NCBI GenBank assembly: GCA_041908795.1
Contig: JAYRER010000048.1
Coordinates: 18,413-82,412 of the forward strand
DNA length: 64,000 nt
Source: Minisyncoccota bacterium
GTDB taxonomy: Bacteria > Patescibacteriota > Minisyncoccia > Phycocordibacterales > UBA12088
Reading direction: 5' to 3'
Numbering within the stretch: the first letter of the stretch is position 1; every line of letters starts with the position of its first letter. A program made the translations under genes and the position numbers. Below are positions 19,581 to 29,689 of this stretch, piece by piece. The notes beneath the pieces are model-generated. The model saw only the letters and a program-made list of their open reading frames with translations. It searched no databases and was not told the origin of the DNA.

Positions 19581-19892
19581 TCATGAGTTTTGCTCGTCTA
19601 GAAGGCGCGCGGTGTGCAGGATTCGAGAAACGCGAAGGTCTGTATCTACCAAATCGTAGTAGATACAGTATCTTGGCGCGAACACAAACGAACGGAGACC
19701 GGGGCGGACATCGTCGCGCAACCTCCCTATCTCCCCGTGACAGGCGAGTATCGTGCAGCACCGTTCAAGGTTACGTACAAACTTTTCTGCGGCGCGCACG
19801 TCGTGGTCAGACAGGTAGCGCAGTATTTCCTCCACATCACGGAGTGCGGGTTCAGAAAACTCATAGCCGCCATCCCTAGTGCGTTTGGTCAT
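19581..19892 (-). CDS. parE: Type II toxin, ParE/RelE superfamily
   Basis: 103 aa small basic protein, translationally coupled (4-nt overlap) to the upstream antitoxin. ParE-like CxYYxxxxD core. Confidence 0.65.
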   Translation of the reverse strand: MTKRTRDGGYEFSEPALRDVEEILRYLSDHDVRAAEKFVRNLERCCTILACHGEIGRLRDDVRPGLRSFVFAPRYCIYYDLVDTDLRVSRILHTARLLDEQNS

Positions 19893-20188
19893 GGAGTGAC
19901 CTTGTTCCTTTTGTGCTTTTTAAGTATTTCTCGTGCCCGACGGAACACCGTATCACTCGAAACAGTCTTACCTTGCTCTATTGCGGCGTCACCCACTGCA
20001 ATCGCGGTTTGAAGCGCAATAAGCTCTTGCTGACGAAACAACTCCTCCATCTCAAGTTTGCGCAGTGACTCACGGACCACCTCGCTCGCAGAGATGTAGC
20101 GGCCGGATTTTACCTGGTCGCGAATAAACTTCTCCTGTTCCTTGGTAAGTGAAATGTTAGCCATACACCAATGGTACCGGTATAACAA
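19889..20188 (-). CDS. parD: Type II antitoxin, ParD family (COG3609-like)
   Basis: MANISLTKEQEKFIRDQVKSGRYISASEVVRESLRKLE matches the ParD/CC2985 antitoxin N-terminus. Likely start at 20164. Confidence 0.65.
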   Translation of the reverse strand: MLYRYHWCMANISLTKEQEKFIRDQVKSGRYISASEVVRESLRKLEMEELFRQQELIALQTAIAVGDAAIEQGKTVSSDTVFRRAREILKKHKRNKVTP

Positions 20189-20194
20189 AAATTG

Positions 20195-21382
20195 TCAATT
20201 TTTGTTATACGCCTCGTTTTGCCCGGATAGCATTTCCATCACCCCATTGTACTCCGAGAGACGCCCTGCGACGTACATGCGGGCTCGCGCAACACGCTCG
20301 GCAATTGTGGGGTGAGCGGTGCGGATGCGGTCGAGCTCTCGGTCAAGTGCTTCAATGCCGTTCTCTTCACCCCACACGAAGGCACGCTCACCCTTTTCCC
20401 CGGCACTCTCGAGGAGCCCCTCCGCACGGCTCACGATACAAGGTGTCCCCACGTACATGGCCTCGAGTGGCACCATGCCGAGCGACTCACTGCGCGAGAA
20501 AAGCAGGAAGACATCGGCGTCAACGTAGTACCGCCAGAGCTCATGGTGAGGCACGGTGCCCGCAAAACGTACGTGGTCGGCGACACCGAGCGTGACTGCG
20601 AGCACTTCGAGACGGTCGCGGAGAATGCCGTCGCCCGCTATGACGAGTGTCGCCTCTTTGAGGGCGAGAGCGGCAAACGCCGTGAGCAAGCGGTCGAACC
20701 CTTTTTCAGGTTCAAGCCGGCCGACCGAGAGGAGCATGAGGTGCCCGTCGGGAACGGCAAGCGCGGCCCGCACCGAGCCCTTGTGCTCGCGGGCGGTCGT
20801 GAGGTCCGCGGAGTCGCGCGAGAGCGTGTCGGGGAAAAAGCGATGCGTGCGGCTCGCCGGTATGCCCACGTGTTGCGCGTAGAGCGCCGCCGCGCGGCTG
20901 TTGACGAAGCACACATCAACGCGCGGCACGGCGATGCGCTCGATCTGCGCCTCCACGAAAAGCTTGAGTCGTGCGAGGGGGCGCGTCTTGAGAAGCGTTG
21001 CGGGCAGGTTCGCCACAAACAGCACGACGCGCGCACCCGTCTCTTTGCGCACTCGTGCGGCCGCGGGCACCAAGCTCATGTCGTAGGTCACAACCGCGTC
21101 CGGCACGTACCCCCGCGCACGCAAGAGTGCGGGTAAACGAAGCATCATGACAAGTGCATAGAACGGGCGAAGGTGTCTGAAGCGAGCACGCAGGTGCACC
21201 GTTTCGAAGTGGTCGTCCACCCTGAGGTAGTAGTGCTCTGGCCCGAAGGACACGAGGAACATGTCGCACTCGGCAAGGCGTATGCCATCGCGCTCGAACT
21301 TGGTCCGCATCTCGGGCACGTTGGTTTTGGCGAGGTTGCGCCAATCGAAACTGAGGCAAACGAGTCGAGGTCGGGTGGTCAT
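20195..21382 (-). CDS. Glycosyltransferase family 4 (GT-B)
   Basis: LEAMYVGTPCIVSRAEG. GT4 domain. Start trimmed to ATG (MTTRPRLV). Confidence 0.8.
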   Translation of the reverse strand: MTTRPRLVCLSFDWRNLAKTNVPEMRTKFERDGIRLAECDMFLVSFGPEHYYLRVDDHFETVHLRARFRHLRPFYALVMMLRLPALLRARGYVPDAVVTYDMSLVPAAARVRKETGARVVLFVANLPATLLKTRPLARLKLFVEAQIERIAVPRVDVCFVNSRAAALYAQHVGIPASRTHRFFPDTLSRDSADLTTAREHKGSVRAALAVPDGHLMLLSVGRLEPEKGFDRLLTAFAALALKEATLVIAGDGILRDRLEVLAVTLGVADHVRFAGTVPHHELWRYYVDADVFLLFSRSESLGMVPLEAMYVGTPCIVSRAEGLLESAGEKGERAFVWGEENGIEALDRELDRIRTAHPTIAERVARARMYVAGRLSEYNGVMEMLSGQNEAYNKN

Positions 21383-21478
21383 GTGTGTGCGCGAAAGAGG
21401 GCACAGCCCTCGTACCACGGCTCTCCCGGGTGAGGTTGCCGGATGCCTCTGCGGTATGCGCAGTATACCCCGTGTGCG

Positions 21479-22459
21479 CTACGTGCGCCGCGCTTCAGCT
21501 GCCGGCGTCGCAAACCGCTTTCGTGCCTCCGCTTTGGGGCCGTAGAGGTTGTGAGTGTACCACGCCACCGCCCGCTCGATGCCGTCTTCCACCAAGACCT
21601 CGGGTTTGTACCCGAAGTGGTGCTTGGCGCGCGAGATGTCGGCGATGTACTTCACCACCTCCCCTGTGCGGTTATCGTGTATCTCGATATCGTTGTCGGT
21701 GCCGAGTTGACGCTTCATGAACTCCGCCACTTCGACGAGCGATTTGCCCTGCCCGTAGGCGATGTTGAACATCCCGCCGGTACCCGCTTCGAAGTGCTCG
21801 ATGCCAAGCAAAATGCCGCGCACGGCATCGCTGATGTAGGTGAAGTCGAGGAGCTTGTCGCGCCCGAAAATCTTAAGCGGCTCACCCGCGAGGCACTGCC
21901 GGATGAAGAGGGGCACGACGCGGTCACTCTCATCATAGAGCCCGTAGACGTTGCTGAAGCGGTAGATAATCGCCTTAAGGCCGTAGCATTTCTGGTAACT
22001 GTGGACGAGCGCTTCCCCGCTCATCTTGCTTGCGGTGTAGGGGCTCGGGCAGTTCCAGATGCGCGTGTCCTCTTCGGCGTGGGTCACCTTGCCCGTGTTG
22101 CCATAGACCTCACGACTTGAGGCAAACATGAGGCGTGGCATGTTCCTGCGGCGCACGTACTCGAGCACGTTGAAGACCGATAGAAAGTTGTCGCGCGCGA
22201 GTGTGGGGTCAATGACGAGGTTGTGCACTCGGGCATTCGCCGCGAGGTGGATGACGAGGTCAGTGCCACCATCGGGGAGCTTTTCGAGCACACCCTCAAG
22301 GTCACGCAGGTCTTGGCGGATGGTCTTTGCTTCAATGACCGGATCCCACTTGTTTTCGCGCCAGTCGACACCGGTCACCTCAAAACCCTGCGCCAACAAC
22401 TTCTGGCACAAGTAGGTACCAATGGTACCACTGCTTCCCGTAACAAGGACCCTTCGCAT
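21479..22459 (-). CDS. NAD-dependent epimerase/dehydratase (UDP-sugar 4-epimerase-like)
   Basis: MRRVLVTGSSGTIGTYL...YTASKMSGE (GxxGxxG, YxxxK). Start trimmed to 22459. Confidence 0.85.
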   Translation of the reverse strand: MRRVLVTGSSGTIGTYLCQKLLAQGFEVTGVDWRENKWDPVIEAKTIRQDLRDLEGVLEKLPDGGTDLVIHLAANARVHNLVIDPTLARDNFLSVFNVLEYVRRRNMPRLMFASSREVYGNTGKVTHAEEDTRIWNCPSPYTASKMSGEALVHSYQKCYGLKAIIYRFSNVYGLYDESDRVVPLFIRQCLAGEPLKIFGRDKLLDFTYISDAVRGILLGIEHFEAGTGGMFNIAYGQGKSLVEVAEFMKRQLGTDNDIEIHDNRTGEVVKYIADISRAKHHFGYKPEVLVEDGIERAVAWYTHNLYGPKAEARKRFATPAAEARRT

Positions 22460-22476
22460 AGCGTACCCAGAGTGTA

Positions 22477-24585
22477 CTACTCCTTGCCAAGGTCGGACAA
22501 CTTGTCCCAATCCACATAATGTAGCCGAACAGTGCTCCCGGGCACGATGCCACGCTCGTCGTAGATAATAGGCACCGCTTCTTTGTACCGAGGGTCGTCG
22601 AGCTCCGCGAGGTAGGGCTTTAGCGAAACCGTGCGGTCGGAAATGATGAGCCACGTGCCACGCGGGTCGCGGTGGTACGCGAGCGCCTCCTCCAAGGTGT
22701 CGAACTTGCCGTAGCGAATGATCTCAAGCCCCGTCTCGGGCGCCTTGAGCTCGGAGAGGTTGCGCCCCGCAACGGTGGTGTCGGGAAGAAGCATCATGGG
22801 GTAATCGCCCTCATCAAATGAGACGAGGGTGCCCCGCGCCTTCTCGGCCGTCACGTACGCCCATGCGGGAAGTGTGCTTTGGTCTGCGCGCTTCATGAGG
22901 AGCATCGCGGGTGTGATAAGCGACCAGAGCACAATAGCGAGTGTGAGCGTGGCGAGGATCGTTCGCTCGTAGCGGTGTCGACCAACCGCGTGGCGGATGC
23001 CGAGAAAAGCGACGAGCGCAACGAGCGGAACGATGGGCACCACGTAGCGCCCCTCGGCAAACACCGAGTAGAGTGGCGCGAGACCGGCGACAAATATACC
23101 CATGAAGAGCGCGACGGGAATGAACCGGCGTGTTGAGATACACAGGAAAAGTCCGCCAATATACGGCAAGAGGAGAACGGGCAGAATGACCGAACTGAAG
23201 CTGTTGGGCTCCCAGCCGTGCACCATGGAAAACACAAGCTTCACGAAACCATCTATGACAAACTTGTGGAACACCTCCGCAGAGGTGTGCGTGGCGAGGT
23301 ACTCTCCCAAGGTCGGCACCGGCACGTTCGGTGTCCACACATCCATGGTGAAGTCTTCGACGAAGTACTTGTCGTTTTGGCCGTAGGTAAACGCGCTCCC
23401 GAAGGCTTCATGACGCGCAATGAGGAATGGGGCCGAGAGCGCAAAGAAGAGCGCGATGAGCCCAACGGAAGCGAGTGCCACGTGGCCTGCGTGCTCGACA
23501 AGCGAGCGCGCATGGTCGCGGATGCGCACGTGTGTCGCGAGGTAGGTGAGCACCACAACACCGAGGACAAAAAGACCGTTTGCGCGCACGTAGTAGGAGA
23601 TGGAGGCAAATATGACGGCATAGAGAATATGGTGGGGGCGTTCGAGCGAACGAATGCAGAAGTAGAGTGCCATGAGGGAGAGCACGAGAAAGAGCCCGTC
23701 GGAGGAGAAAATGGTTGAGTAGTAGATGAGCCACGGATGCGCGGCAATGGTGAACGTCACGAGTGCGGTAGAGAAGCGGTCGAGGAATTGCCGCGCAATG
23801 AGCCACGTCGGCACAACCGCAAGCGCACCCACAATAACCCCGAAGAGCTGTGCATAGGGCATGAGCTCGAAGCGGCTTATGGGCTCGAGAAGCCATACAA
23901 ACGGCGCGAACAAGAGCGAGGTGCCGATTGCGTGCGAGTAGGGAGGTACCCAGTTGCCCTGCGCTATCTCTATAGCTTTTAAGAGGTAGAGGTAGGAGTC
24001 ACCCGTGAAGGTGGCGACTGCAGAAAAATCGGTTGCAACGTAGCGTACCACGAGCGCGAAGACGAATGTAGCTCCAAGGAGAAAGAGTGAGCCCCGCTCG
24101 AAGACCGGTTCGCGTTCCTCACCGCGCGCACGCTCCGATATACCCTTACGTACGAGCTCTCGCAGGGTAAGATGGTCGTTCTCCTTGTGAATGAGTCCGA
24201 AGGTGAAGTGCTTGTGCCCCCAAAAGCTCCAGACTGCAACGACGGTGACTGCAATGAGTTTTGCGATGAGCACGTGCGCATTTGTGCCCTCCACGAGAGC
24301 GGTTATGACCGCCTGGTTTATCACGAGCCCCACAAGCGCAACCGCAACAAACACACCCGCCTGCGTCGCCACGCGCGTGCTCGTGTTATTGAAGGTGAAC
24401 ACTTTGTTGAGCGAAAAGTTCGTCGCCATGCCGGCGCAGTAGCCAAGGCCCGCTGCCCAAAAGTAGTGGAGGCCCGCACCCGCCGTAAGCACTGAGAGGA
24501 GCCCCATATCAACGACTGTCGCCGCACCCGCAAAAACCGCGTAGACAAAAAACTGCCGTACGCTGTCGCTCACTCGCTCCATCAT
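22477..24585 (-). CDS. Fusion protein: N-terminal GtrA-like domain plus large polytopic GT-C-type membrane glycosyltransferase
   Basis: The N-terminal 130 aa have a GtrA-like 4TM pattern (FFVYAVFAGAATVVDMGLL...NKVFTF). About 570 aa with more than 12 TM follow. Confidence 0.65.
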   Translation of the reverse strand: MMERVSDSVRQFFVYAVFAGAATVVDMGLLSVLTAGAGLHYFWAAGLGYCAGMATNFSLNKVFTFNNTSTRVATQAGVFVAVALVGLVINQAVITALVEGTNAHVLIAKLIAVTVVAVWSFWGHKHFTFGLIHKENDHLTLRELVRKGISERARGEEREPVFERGSLFLLGATFVFALVVRYVATDFSAVATFTGDSYLYLLKAIEIAQGNWVPPYSHAIGTSLLFAPFVWLLEPISRFELMPYAQLFGVIVGALAVVPTWLIARQFLDRFSTALVTFTIAAHPWLIYYSTIFSSDGLFLVLSLMALYFCIRSLERPHHILYAVIFASISYYVRANGLFVLGVVVLTYLATHVRIRDHARSLVEHAGHVALASVGLIALFFALSAPFLIARHEAFGSAFTYGQNDKYFVEDFTMDVWTPNVPVPTLGEYLATHTSAEVFHKFVIDGFVKLVFSMVHGWEPNSFSSVILPVLLLPYIGGLFLCISTRRFIPVALFMGIFVAGLAPLYSVFAEGRYVVPIVPLVALVAFLGIRHAVGRHRYERTILATLTLAIVLWSLITPAMLLMKRADQSTLPAWAYVTAEKARGTLVSFDEGDYPMMLLPDTTVAGRNLSELKAPETGLEIIRYGKFDTLEEALAYHRDPRGTWLIISDRTVSLKPYLAELDDPRYKEAVPIIYDERGIVPGSTVRLHYVDWDKLSDLGKE

Positions 24586-26093
24586 GCGCTCACGTGTGCC
24601 GGCTCACCCTCCGGTTTCTTTTCCTCCCCCTTCTTTTCACGGAGCTTGCCTTTCTCGTAGTACTCCTTCTCCGCACCGATGGCATCGAAGTCGGGCTTCA
24701 CGTGTTTGAGAATACCCTCCGCGGCGGCGATGCCCATTTCGAGCGAGTGGTCTTGGTTGTTGTAGCGGAAGCGGCCGGGCCTGCCGATGTAGTGGAGGTT
24801 CTCGAAGGTGTCGAGCCAACGCTTCACCGTGGCAAGCCGCTCGGGGTACTCGAGGTCGTAAATGGGGTAGACGTGCGCGCGCTCTAGCTTGTAGTAGCTC
24901 CGCACGTCTTTTCGTGTGAAGAAACCGGCTTTCTCGATGTGCGGCATTGCGAGCTCGAAGAGTCGGTCTTTATCGGTGTTCCACAGCTCGTCCCCGCGCG
25001 TGACGAAAAACTCAATGAACCACGACGTCTTGCCCGGAGGGTTCATGTCGTCGCTGAAGTTTTTCATCTCCGCCACACGACCAAACGGTACCTTGGTGTC
25101 GGGGAAGTAAATCCACTGGTCTCCCGTGATGCGCTCCTTGTCGAGTGTCACGAAAAGGTACGTCTGGTCGCGCCACCGTAGCTTGCTCGCCGCTTCGCGC
25201 ACTTCGCTCGGGGGCGCGGGCTCAAGGAGGTCGAGAAAGCGCGTGAGCGGAATGGAGCTCACCAAGGCCTCCGGCTCCATGCGGTAGAGCCCCTCGGGGC
25301 CCTTGAGGTCCAGCGAGGTGATGCGACCGTTCTCGTGGCGAATGACCCTAGGCTCCGTATTGAGGCGGATGTCGCTCCCCTTCTCCTTCACGCGTGCCGC
25401 GATGGTCTCATAGATAAGACCGGTACCGAATTGCGGGTAGTAGAACGTGTCGACGAGCGACTTGGGTTCATCGCGCTTCCCGAGACCGAGCGCTTTTTTC
25501 ACGAGCGAAACGACGATGGCGCGTATGGAGAGCCCCTTGATGCGTTGCGCCGCCCAGTCGGGGTGGAGGGTACTGCACGGTACGCCCCAGATTTTCTCCG
25601 TGTAGTTGAGCATGTTGAACGAGCCGAGCGCGTAGCCGAAGTTTGCGACGATGTAGTCCTCGAACGTAGTCTTCGGGTGGTAGAGAAGGCCGTACTCAAT
25701 GCGCGCGAGCGCATAGGAGAACATCATGCCCGCCGCACGCACGAGACCGATATTCTTTAGCGCCTGGGTGGGATTGATGGGGTAGTCGTAGAACTTCCCA
25801 TCGATGAATTGGCGTGTCTGCCGTTTCACCGTAATCCACTTCTCATTGATGAGGTTCTCAATGAATTCATAGAGGTACGGATTCTTCGAGAAGAAGCGGT
25901 GGGGACCGATATCGGTACGGAAGGTGAGGTTGCCTTCTTTGAACTCAAGAGTCTGCGCGAGTCCTCCCACCCGCTCGTCTCGCTCGATAATAGTTGCGGT
26001 CTTGCCCGCTTTCGTGAGCTCCATCGCGGTCGCCATGCCGGCCGGTCCCGCCCCTACGATGAGTATGCCGCCTTTCGTTTCCATTGGCGACAT
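24582..26093 (-). CDS. FAD-dependent oxidoreductase (amine oxidase / UDP-galactopyranose mutase-like superfamily)
   Basis: ILIVGAGPAGMATAMEL dinucleotide-binding motif, 503 aa. Confidence 0.7.
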   Translation of the reverse strand: MSPMETKGGILIVGAGPAGMATAMELTKAGKTATIIERDERVGGLAQTLEFKEGNLTFRTDIGPHRFFSKNPYLYEFIENLINEKWITVKRQTRQFIDGKFYDYPINPTQALKNIGLVRAAGMMFSYALARIEYGLLYHPKTTFEDYIVANFGYALGSFNMLNYTEKIWGVPCSTLHPDWAAQRIKGLSIRAIVVSLVKKALGLGKRDEPKSLVDTFYYPQFGTGLIYETIAARVKEKGSDIRLNTEPRVIRHENGRITSLDLKGPEGLYRMEPEALVSSIPLTRFLDLLEPAPPSEVREAASKLRWRDQTYLFVTLDKERITGDQWIYFPDTKVPFGRVAEMKNFSDDMNPPGKTSWFIEFFVTRGDELWNTDKDRLFELAMPHIEKAGFFTRKDVRSYYKLERAHVYPIYDLEYPERLATVKRWLDTFENLHYIGRPGRFRYNNQDHSLEMGIAAAEGILKHVKPDFDAIGAEKEYYEKGKLREKKGEEKKPEGEPAHVSA

Positions 26094-26254
26094 AGTAGCA
26101 AATCAGCTACATCCACGCACTTGAACACACAAACCCTTTGTGGCATAGCGCTTGTGTTGCCTCCGCATCCGTGCCACTAGGATGTACAAAATCTGCCAAG
26201 CACATGAGGGCGTAGCAGATCTTTTTTGACGATGCAACGTGTACCGCAAGATGG

Positions 26255-27088
26255 CTATGGCAGATGGAGAAGGTTCCGCGCGTACCGGCGCAGGTAGCGC
26301 CACATGCCATAGGCTGTGTCGTACATGCTGTAGAGCTCGAAGCGAAAAGGTGCGACATCGCGGGCCGGATAGCGCAGACGCAGGAGTGTGTACTTCACAA
26401 TGCGCTTCATAATTTCAAACGCACTCGCCCACTCGTGGTAAAGAAAGTCGAACGGATTTTTCGATGTATAGTCGTCGATGATGCGCGCATTGCGCACCGC
26501 CTTCTTATGCATACGCGCGAAGGTCATGTGTCCGTCGAGTGGCACCAGCCACGGCGCCTCTATGCGGCCGGTCGTGTACGCCTCGGTGTCGTAGCGCACC
26601 TTCTCGTGAATACGCTTCGTCATACGTGCGCCGGTCGTCCTGTCCCACAGGCGCACCTGGTACACACTCTTCCACATGCGGTACCGCACCGTCCCATCCT
26701 CACTCGTGTTCTGTTGACGTACCTCGTAGAACCGGTGCGCAGGGCTCGCTGTGCTCGTAATGGTTCGAATCTCCTCCACGAGCTCGGGGGTCGCAATTTC
26801 GTCCGCGTCGAGGTAGAAAAACCATCGCTGCGTCGCCCTCTCAACTTGTCTATTGCGCTCAAGCGCAAAGTCCTCGATACCTTTCCTCTGACTGCTCTGC
26901 TCCATGATGACTGCTCCGTGTGCACGCGCCACCTCAAGCGTCCCATCGGTTGAGCCGCCATCGGCAACTATCACTTCCGCGAAGTCATGCACACTCGCAA
27001 GACACCGCGCGAGCGACGCCTCACAGTTGTACGTCAAGACGCCGACCGTACAGGAAATGCACGCACGCTGTGAAGTCACTTTTTCCAT
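26255..27088 (-). CDS. Glycosyltransferase family 2
   Basis: VGVLTYNCE...YLDADE (GT-A, DxD). Confidence 0.8.
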   Translation of the reverse strand: MEKVTSQRACISCTVGVLTYNCEASLARCLASVHDFAEVIVADGGSTDGTLEVARAHGAVIMEQSSQRKGIEDFALERNRQVERATQRWFFYLDADEIATPELVEEIRTITSTASPAHRFYEVRQQNTSEDGTVRYRMWKSVYQVRLWDRTTGARMTKRIHEKVRYDTEAYTTGRIEAPWLVPLDGHMTFARMHKKAVRNARIIDDYTSKNPFDFLYHEWASAFEIMKRIVKYTLLRLRYPARDVAPFRFELYSMYDTAYGMWRYLRRYARNLLHLP

Positions 27089-27855
27089 AGGGAGGTGATG
27101 CGCTTGTACACGTCTACCGCGGGTGTGGTGCGAAGTGCGAAAAGTAAAAACGACATTGTGCCCTGGACCTCGACGCGGCGCAGTGCGAAACGATTGCTGT
27201 CGCTCTGCACCGAACCCTCGTACATCCCGAACGCCGCCTCAAACCCCATGTGTTGCGCCTCACCAACCACCGCGTCCGACTTCGCTCCGTACGCGTAGGC
27301 AAGGAGGCGCGGGGTGGTGCCAAGCTCGCGCATAATCGTGGCGCGCGATGTCTCGAGCTCCGAGCGGAGCGCGGTACGGTCCGCTTCGATGTCGGTGAGC
27401 CGCTCGTGCCGGTGGCCGTGCACCTCAATACCCATGCCGCCACGGGCAAGCTCGCGCACCTTATCCCACGAGTCCGGCCGCGCCATGCCAAGGAACGGCT
27501 CGGTCACTGCAAGGTCGGTCGTGAGAAAGAGTGTTGCGGGAACACCATACTTCTTGAGTATCGGAAGCGCGTGGGTGAGCGTATCACGATACCCGTCGTC
27601 GAAGGTGAGCGCGACCGCTCCGCGGGGAAGTGAAGCACCACCAAGGTGTGCGACAACTTCCGTAAGGGAGACGAGCGTACGGTGCCGAGCGAGCCAGCGC
27701 ACCTGCCGCTCGAACACAACGGGTGAAACGGAGAAGCGCGAGGCCGGGTCGGCAACGCTGTGGTAGGTGAGTACGACCGCGCCGCCCTGCCTTCCCGCAC
27801 CCAAGCGCCAGAGCATCCACGCAAGCGCGTAGCCGAGTGTCTTGAGAAACGTCAT
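27076..27855 (-). CDS. Polysaccharide deacetylase (CE4), copy 2
   Basis: ALTFDDGYRDTLTHALPILKKYGVPATLF...HGHRH. Start trimmed to MTFLKTL (27855), which gives a 4-nt ATGA overlap with the upstream methyltransferase. Confidence 0.8.
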   Translation of the reverse strand: MTFLKTLGYALAWMLWRLGAGRQGGAVVLTYHSVADPASRFSVSPVVFERQVRWLARHRTLVSLTEVVAHLGGASLPRGAVALTFDDGYRDTLTHALPILKKYGVPATLFLTTDLAVTEPFLGMARPDSWDKVRELARGGMGIEVHGHRHERLTDIEADRTALRSELETSRATIMRELGTTPRLLAYAYGAKSDAVVGEAQHMGFEAAFGMYEGSVQSDSNRFALRRVEVQGTMSFLLFALRTTPAVDVYKRITSLWKK

Positions 27856-28610
27856 GCCGGGTCGCCAAACTGCCGATCGCGGAAGATGGCATCGACGTCT
27901 TTCTTCACCGCCACCACCCCGATTTTGTTCGACCCTTGGGGGAAGAAGCGGAGGAAGAGCCGGTGCCACCATGCGCTCGACTTGTCGATGTACACCATTG
28001 TCTCTACCGCAAACCCATGCTCGTTAAGAAGCTGGCGGAGTGCCGAGGGGCCGTAGAAAATTTTGTGCTGGGGTTGAGAGAGGAGGTTCTTCTCCGCGCG
28101 ATAGCTCGCGAAGTTGTCCTTCGCTTCCTCGTAGGAGAGCTCCGGCACATCGCCCTGCGTGTTGCGCTTCTTGAGGTAGACCTGCGCGAGCGAGAGCATG
28201 TCATGGACATTGGGTGTATCGAGGATGAGCATGCCGCCCTCGCGAAGCACCCGCGCACACTCGCGGATGATGGTGCCCGGGTGCCAGCTGTGCTCGATAA
28301 CCTGCCCCATGTAGATGACATCGAAGCTCTTGTCTTTGAGAACTTTTGAGAGGTCATGGAGGTCACCTGTGAGCTGGTTCTTATACCCAAGCTCTTTCGC
28401 CAAGTTTTCGTTGAGGTCGAGTCCCCAGTACTCACCCCCCTGTGCCGTCACGAGCTCGCGGAGCCCGAGGTTGCTGTTGCCGTCACCGAGGTTGCCCACG
28501 TCGAGGAGCTTCACCTTCTTGCCGCGGAGCACGTGGGACACAAATGTGGTCCGCGAGCGGAACACCTTTGCGTCGTTGATGCGGGTGAATGTGTCGCGTG
28601 ATATTTTCAT
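27852..28610 (-). CDS. Class I SAM-dependent methyltransferase, copy 2
   Basis: LLDVGNLGDG, VIEHSWHP, GGMLILDTPN. Confidence 0.8.
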   Translation of the reverse strand: MKISRDTFTRINDAKVFRSRTTFVSHVLRGKKVKLLDVGNLGDGNSNLGLRELVTAQGGEYWGLDLNENLAKELGYKNQLTGDLHDLSKVLKDKSFDVIYMGQVIEHSWHPGTIIRECARVLREGGMLILDTPNVHDMLSLAQVYLKKRNTQGDVPELSYEEAKDNFASYRAEKNLLSQPQHKIFYGPSALRQLLNEHGFAVETMVYIDKSSAWWHRLFLRFFPQGSNKIGVVAVKKDVDAIFRDRQFGDPA

Positions 28611-29689
28611 GCGGTTTTATTTTTTAGAAATGCCTCGATATGGTCCGCGATGCGCTGTGCGGTTTTCCCGTCCCAGAGCGGAATGGAAACCGTAGTGCGC
28701 GCAAGCGGGAGTATCGCTTGGTATGCGCTAAGTATAGAGTGCTTTGTGATACCCGCAACCGTATTGGTACCCATGGTAACGGTGGTGGGGCGTTCGGTCT
28801 CGGTGCGAAGCGTGAGGCACGGCACACCGAGGAACGAACTCTCCTCCTGTATACCCCCCGAGTCGGTGAGCACAAGCGCCGCGCTGTATTGGTACTCGAG
28901 CGACTCGCGGTAGGAGAGCGGCGGAAGGAGGGTGACGGCGGCTTTCAGTGTGTCCATGAGCCCGTGCGCGTGCGCCATCTTCTCGGTGCGCGGGTGGAGC
29001 GGCATGTAGATGCGCGCATCGCGGGAGAGTGTGGCGAGCGCGTCGAGGAGCTCGGAGAGCACCTCGCGCCGATCGACGTTCTCTGCGCGGTGGAGCGTTG
29101 CGAAGAAGTACCGCTCATTGCGCACGGTGAGCGTGGGGAGCGTTGCCGCGAGGAGGTCCATCATGATGTTGCCGACCACATGCACCTCGCCCGTCACCCG
29201 CTCCGCCGCAAGCCGCGCGACGTCTTCGTCGCAAACCGCGTAGAGGAGGTCTGCGAGGTGATCGGTCACCACGCGGTTTGCCTCCTCGGGCATCGCACGG
29301 TTGTAACTACGCAAACCCGCCTCAACGTGTGCGAGCGGTATGTGGAGCTTGCGTGCAACGAGCGCCCCCGCCAAGGTCGAGGTCACATCGCCGACCACAA
29401 CGACGAGAGACGGGCTGTTTGAGGCAAACTCATCGGCGAGCTTTTCTATAATTTCCGCAAGCTGGCGAACTTCGTCGCGCGCGTTGAGGGCGAACACCAC
29501 GTCGGGACGAATGCCGAACTCATCGAAGAACTGCGATGCCATACGCGCATCGTAGTGCTGGCCCGTATGGATAAGCTGTGCGGCAATGTGTCGCGTCGCA
29601 AGCGCGCGCATGAGCGGCGCCGCTTTCATGAAGTTGGGCCGTGCGCCAACGACGACCGCAACGTGACTTGGTTGTGCGTGTTGGCTCAT
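28607..29689 (-). CDS. wecB: UDP-N-acetylglucosamine 2-epimerase (non-hydrolysing), WecB/MnaA
   Basis: VVVGARPNFMKAAPL...HTGQHYD...HVEAGLRS...DSGGIQEE. Confidence 0.9.
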   Translation of the reverse strand: MSQHAQPSHVAVVVGARPNFMKAAPLMRALATRHIAAQLIHTGQHYDARMASQFFDEFGIRPDVVFALNARDEVRQLAEIIEKLADEFASNSPSLVVVVGDVTSTLAGALVARKLHIPLAHVEAGLRSYNRAMPEEANRVVTDHLADLLYAVCDEDVARLAAERVTGEVHVVGNIMMDLLAATLPTLTVRNERYFFATLHRAENVDRREVLSELLDALATLSRDARIYMPLHPRTEKMAHAHGLMDTLKAAVTLLPPLSYRESLEYQYSAALVLTDSGGIQEESSFLGVPCLTLRTETERPTTVTMGTNTVAGITKHSILSAYQAILPLARTTVSIPLWDGKTAQRIADHIEAFLKNKTA

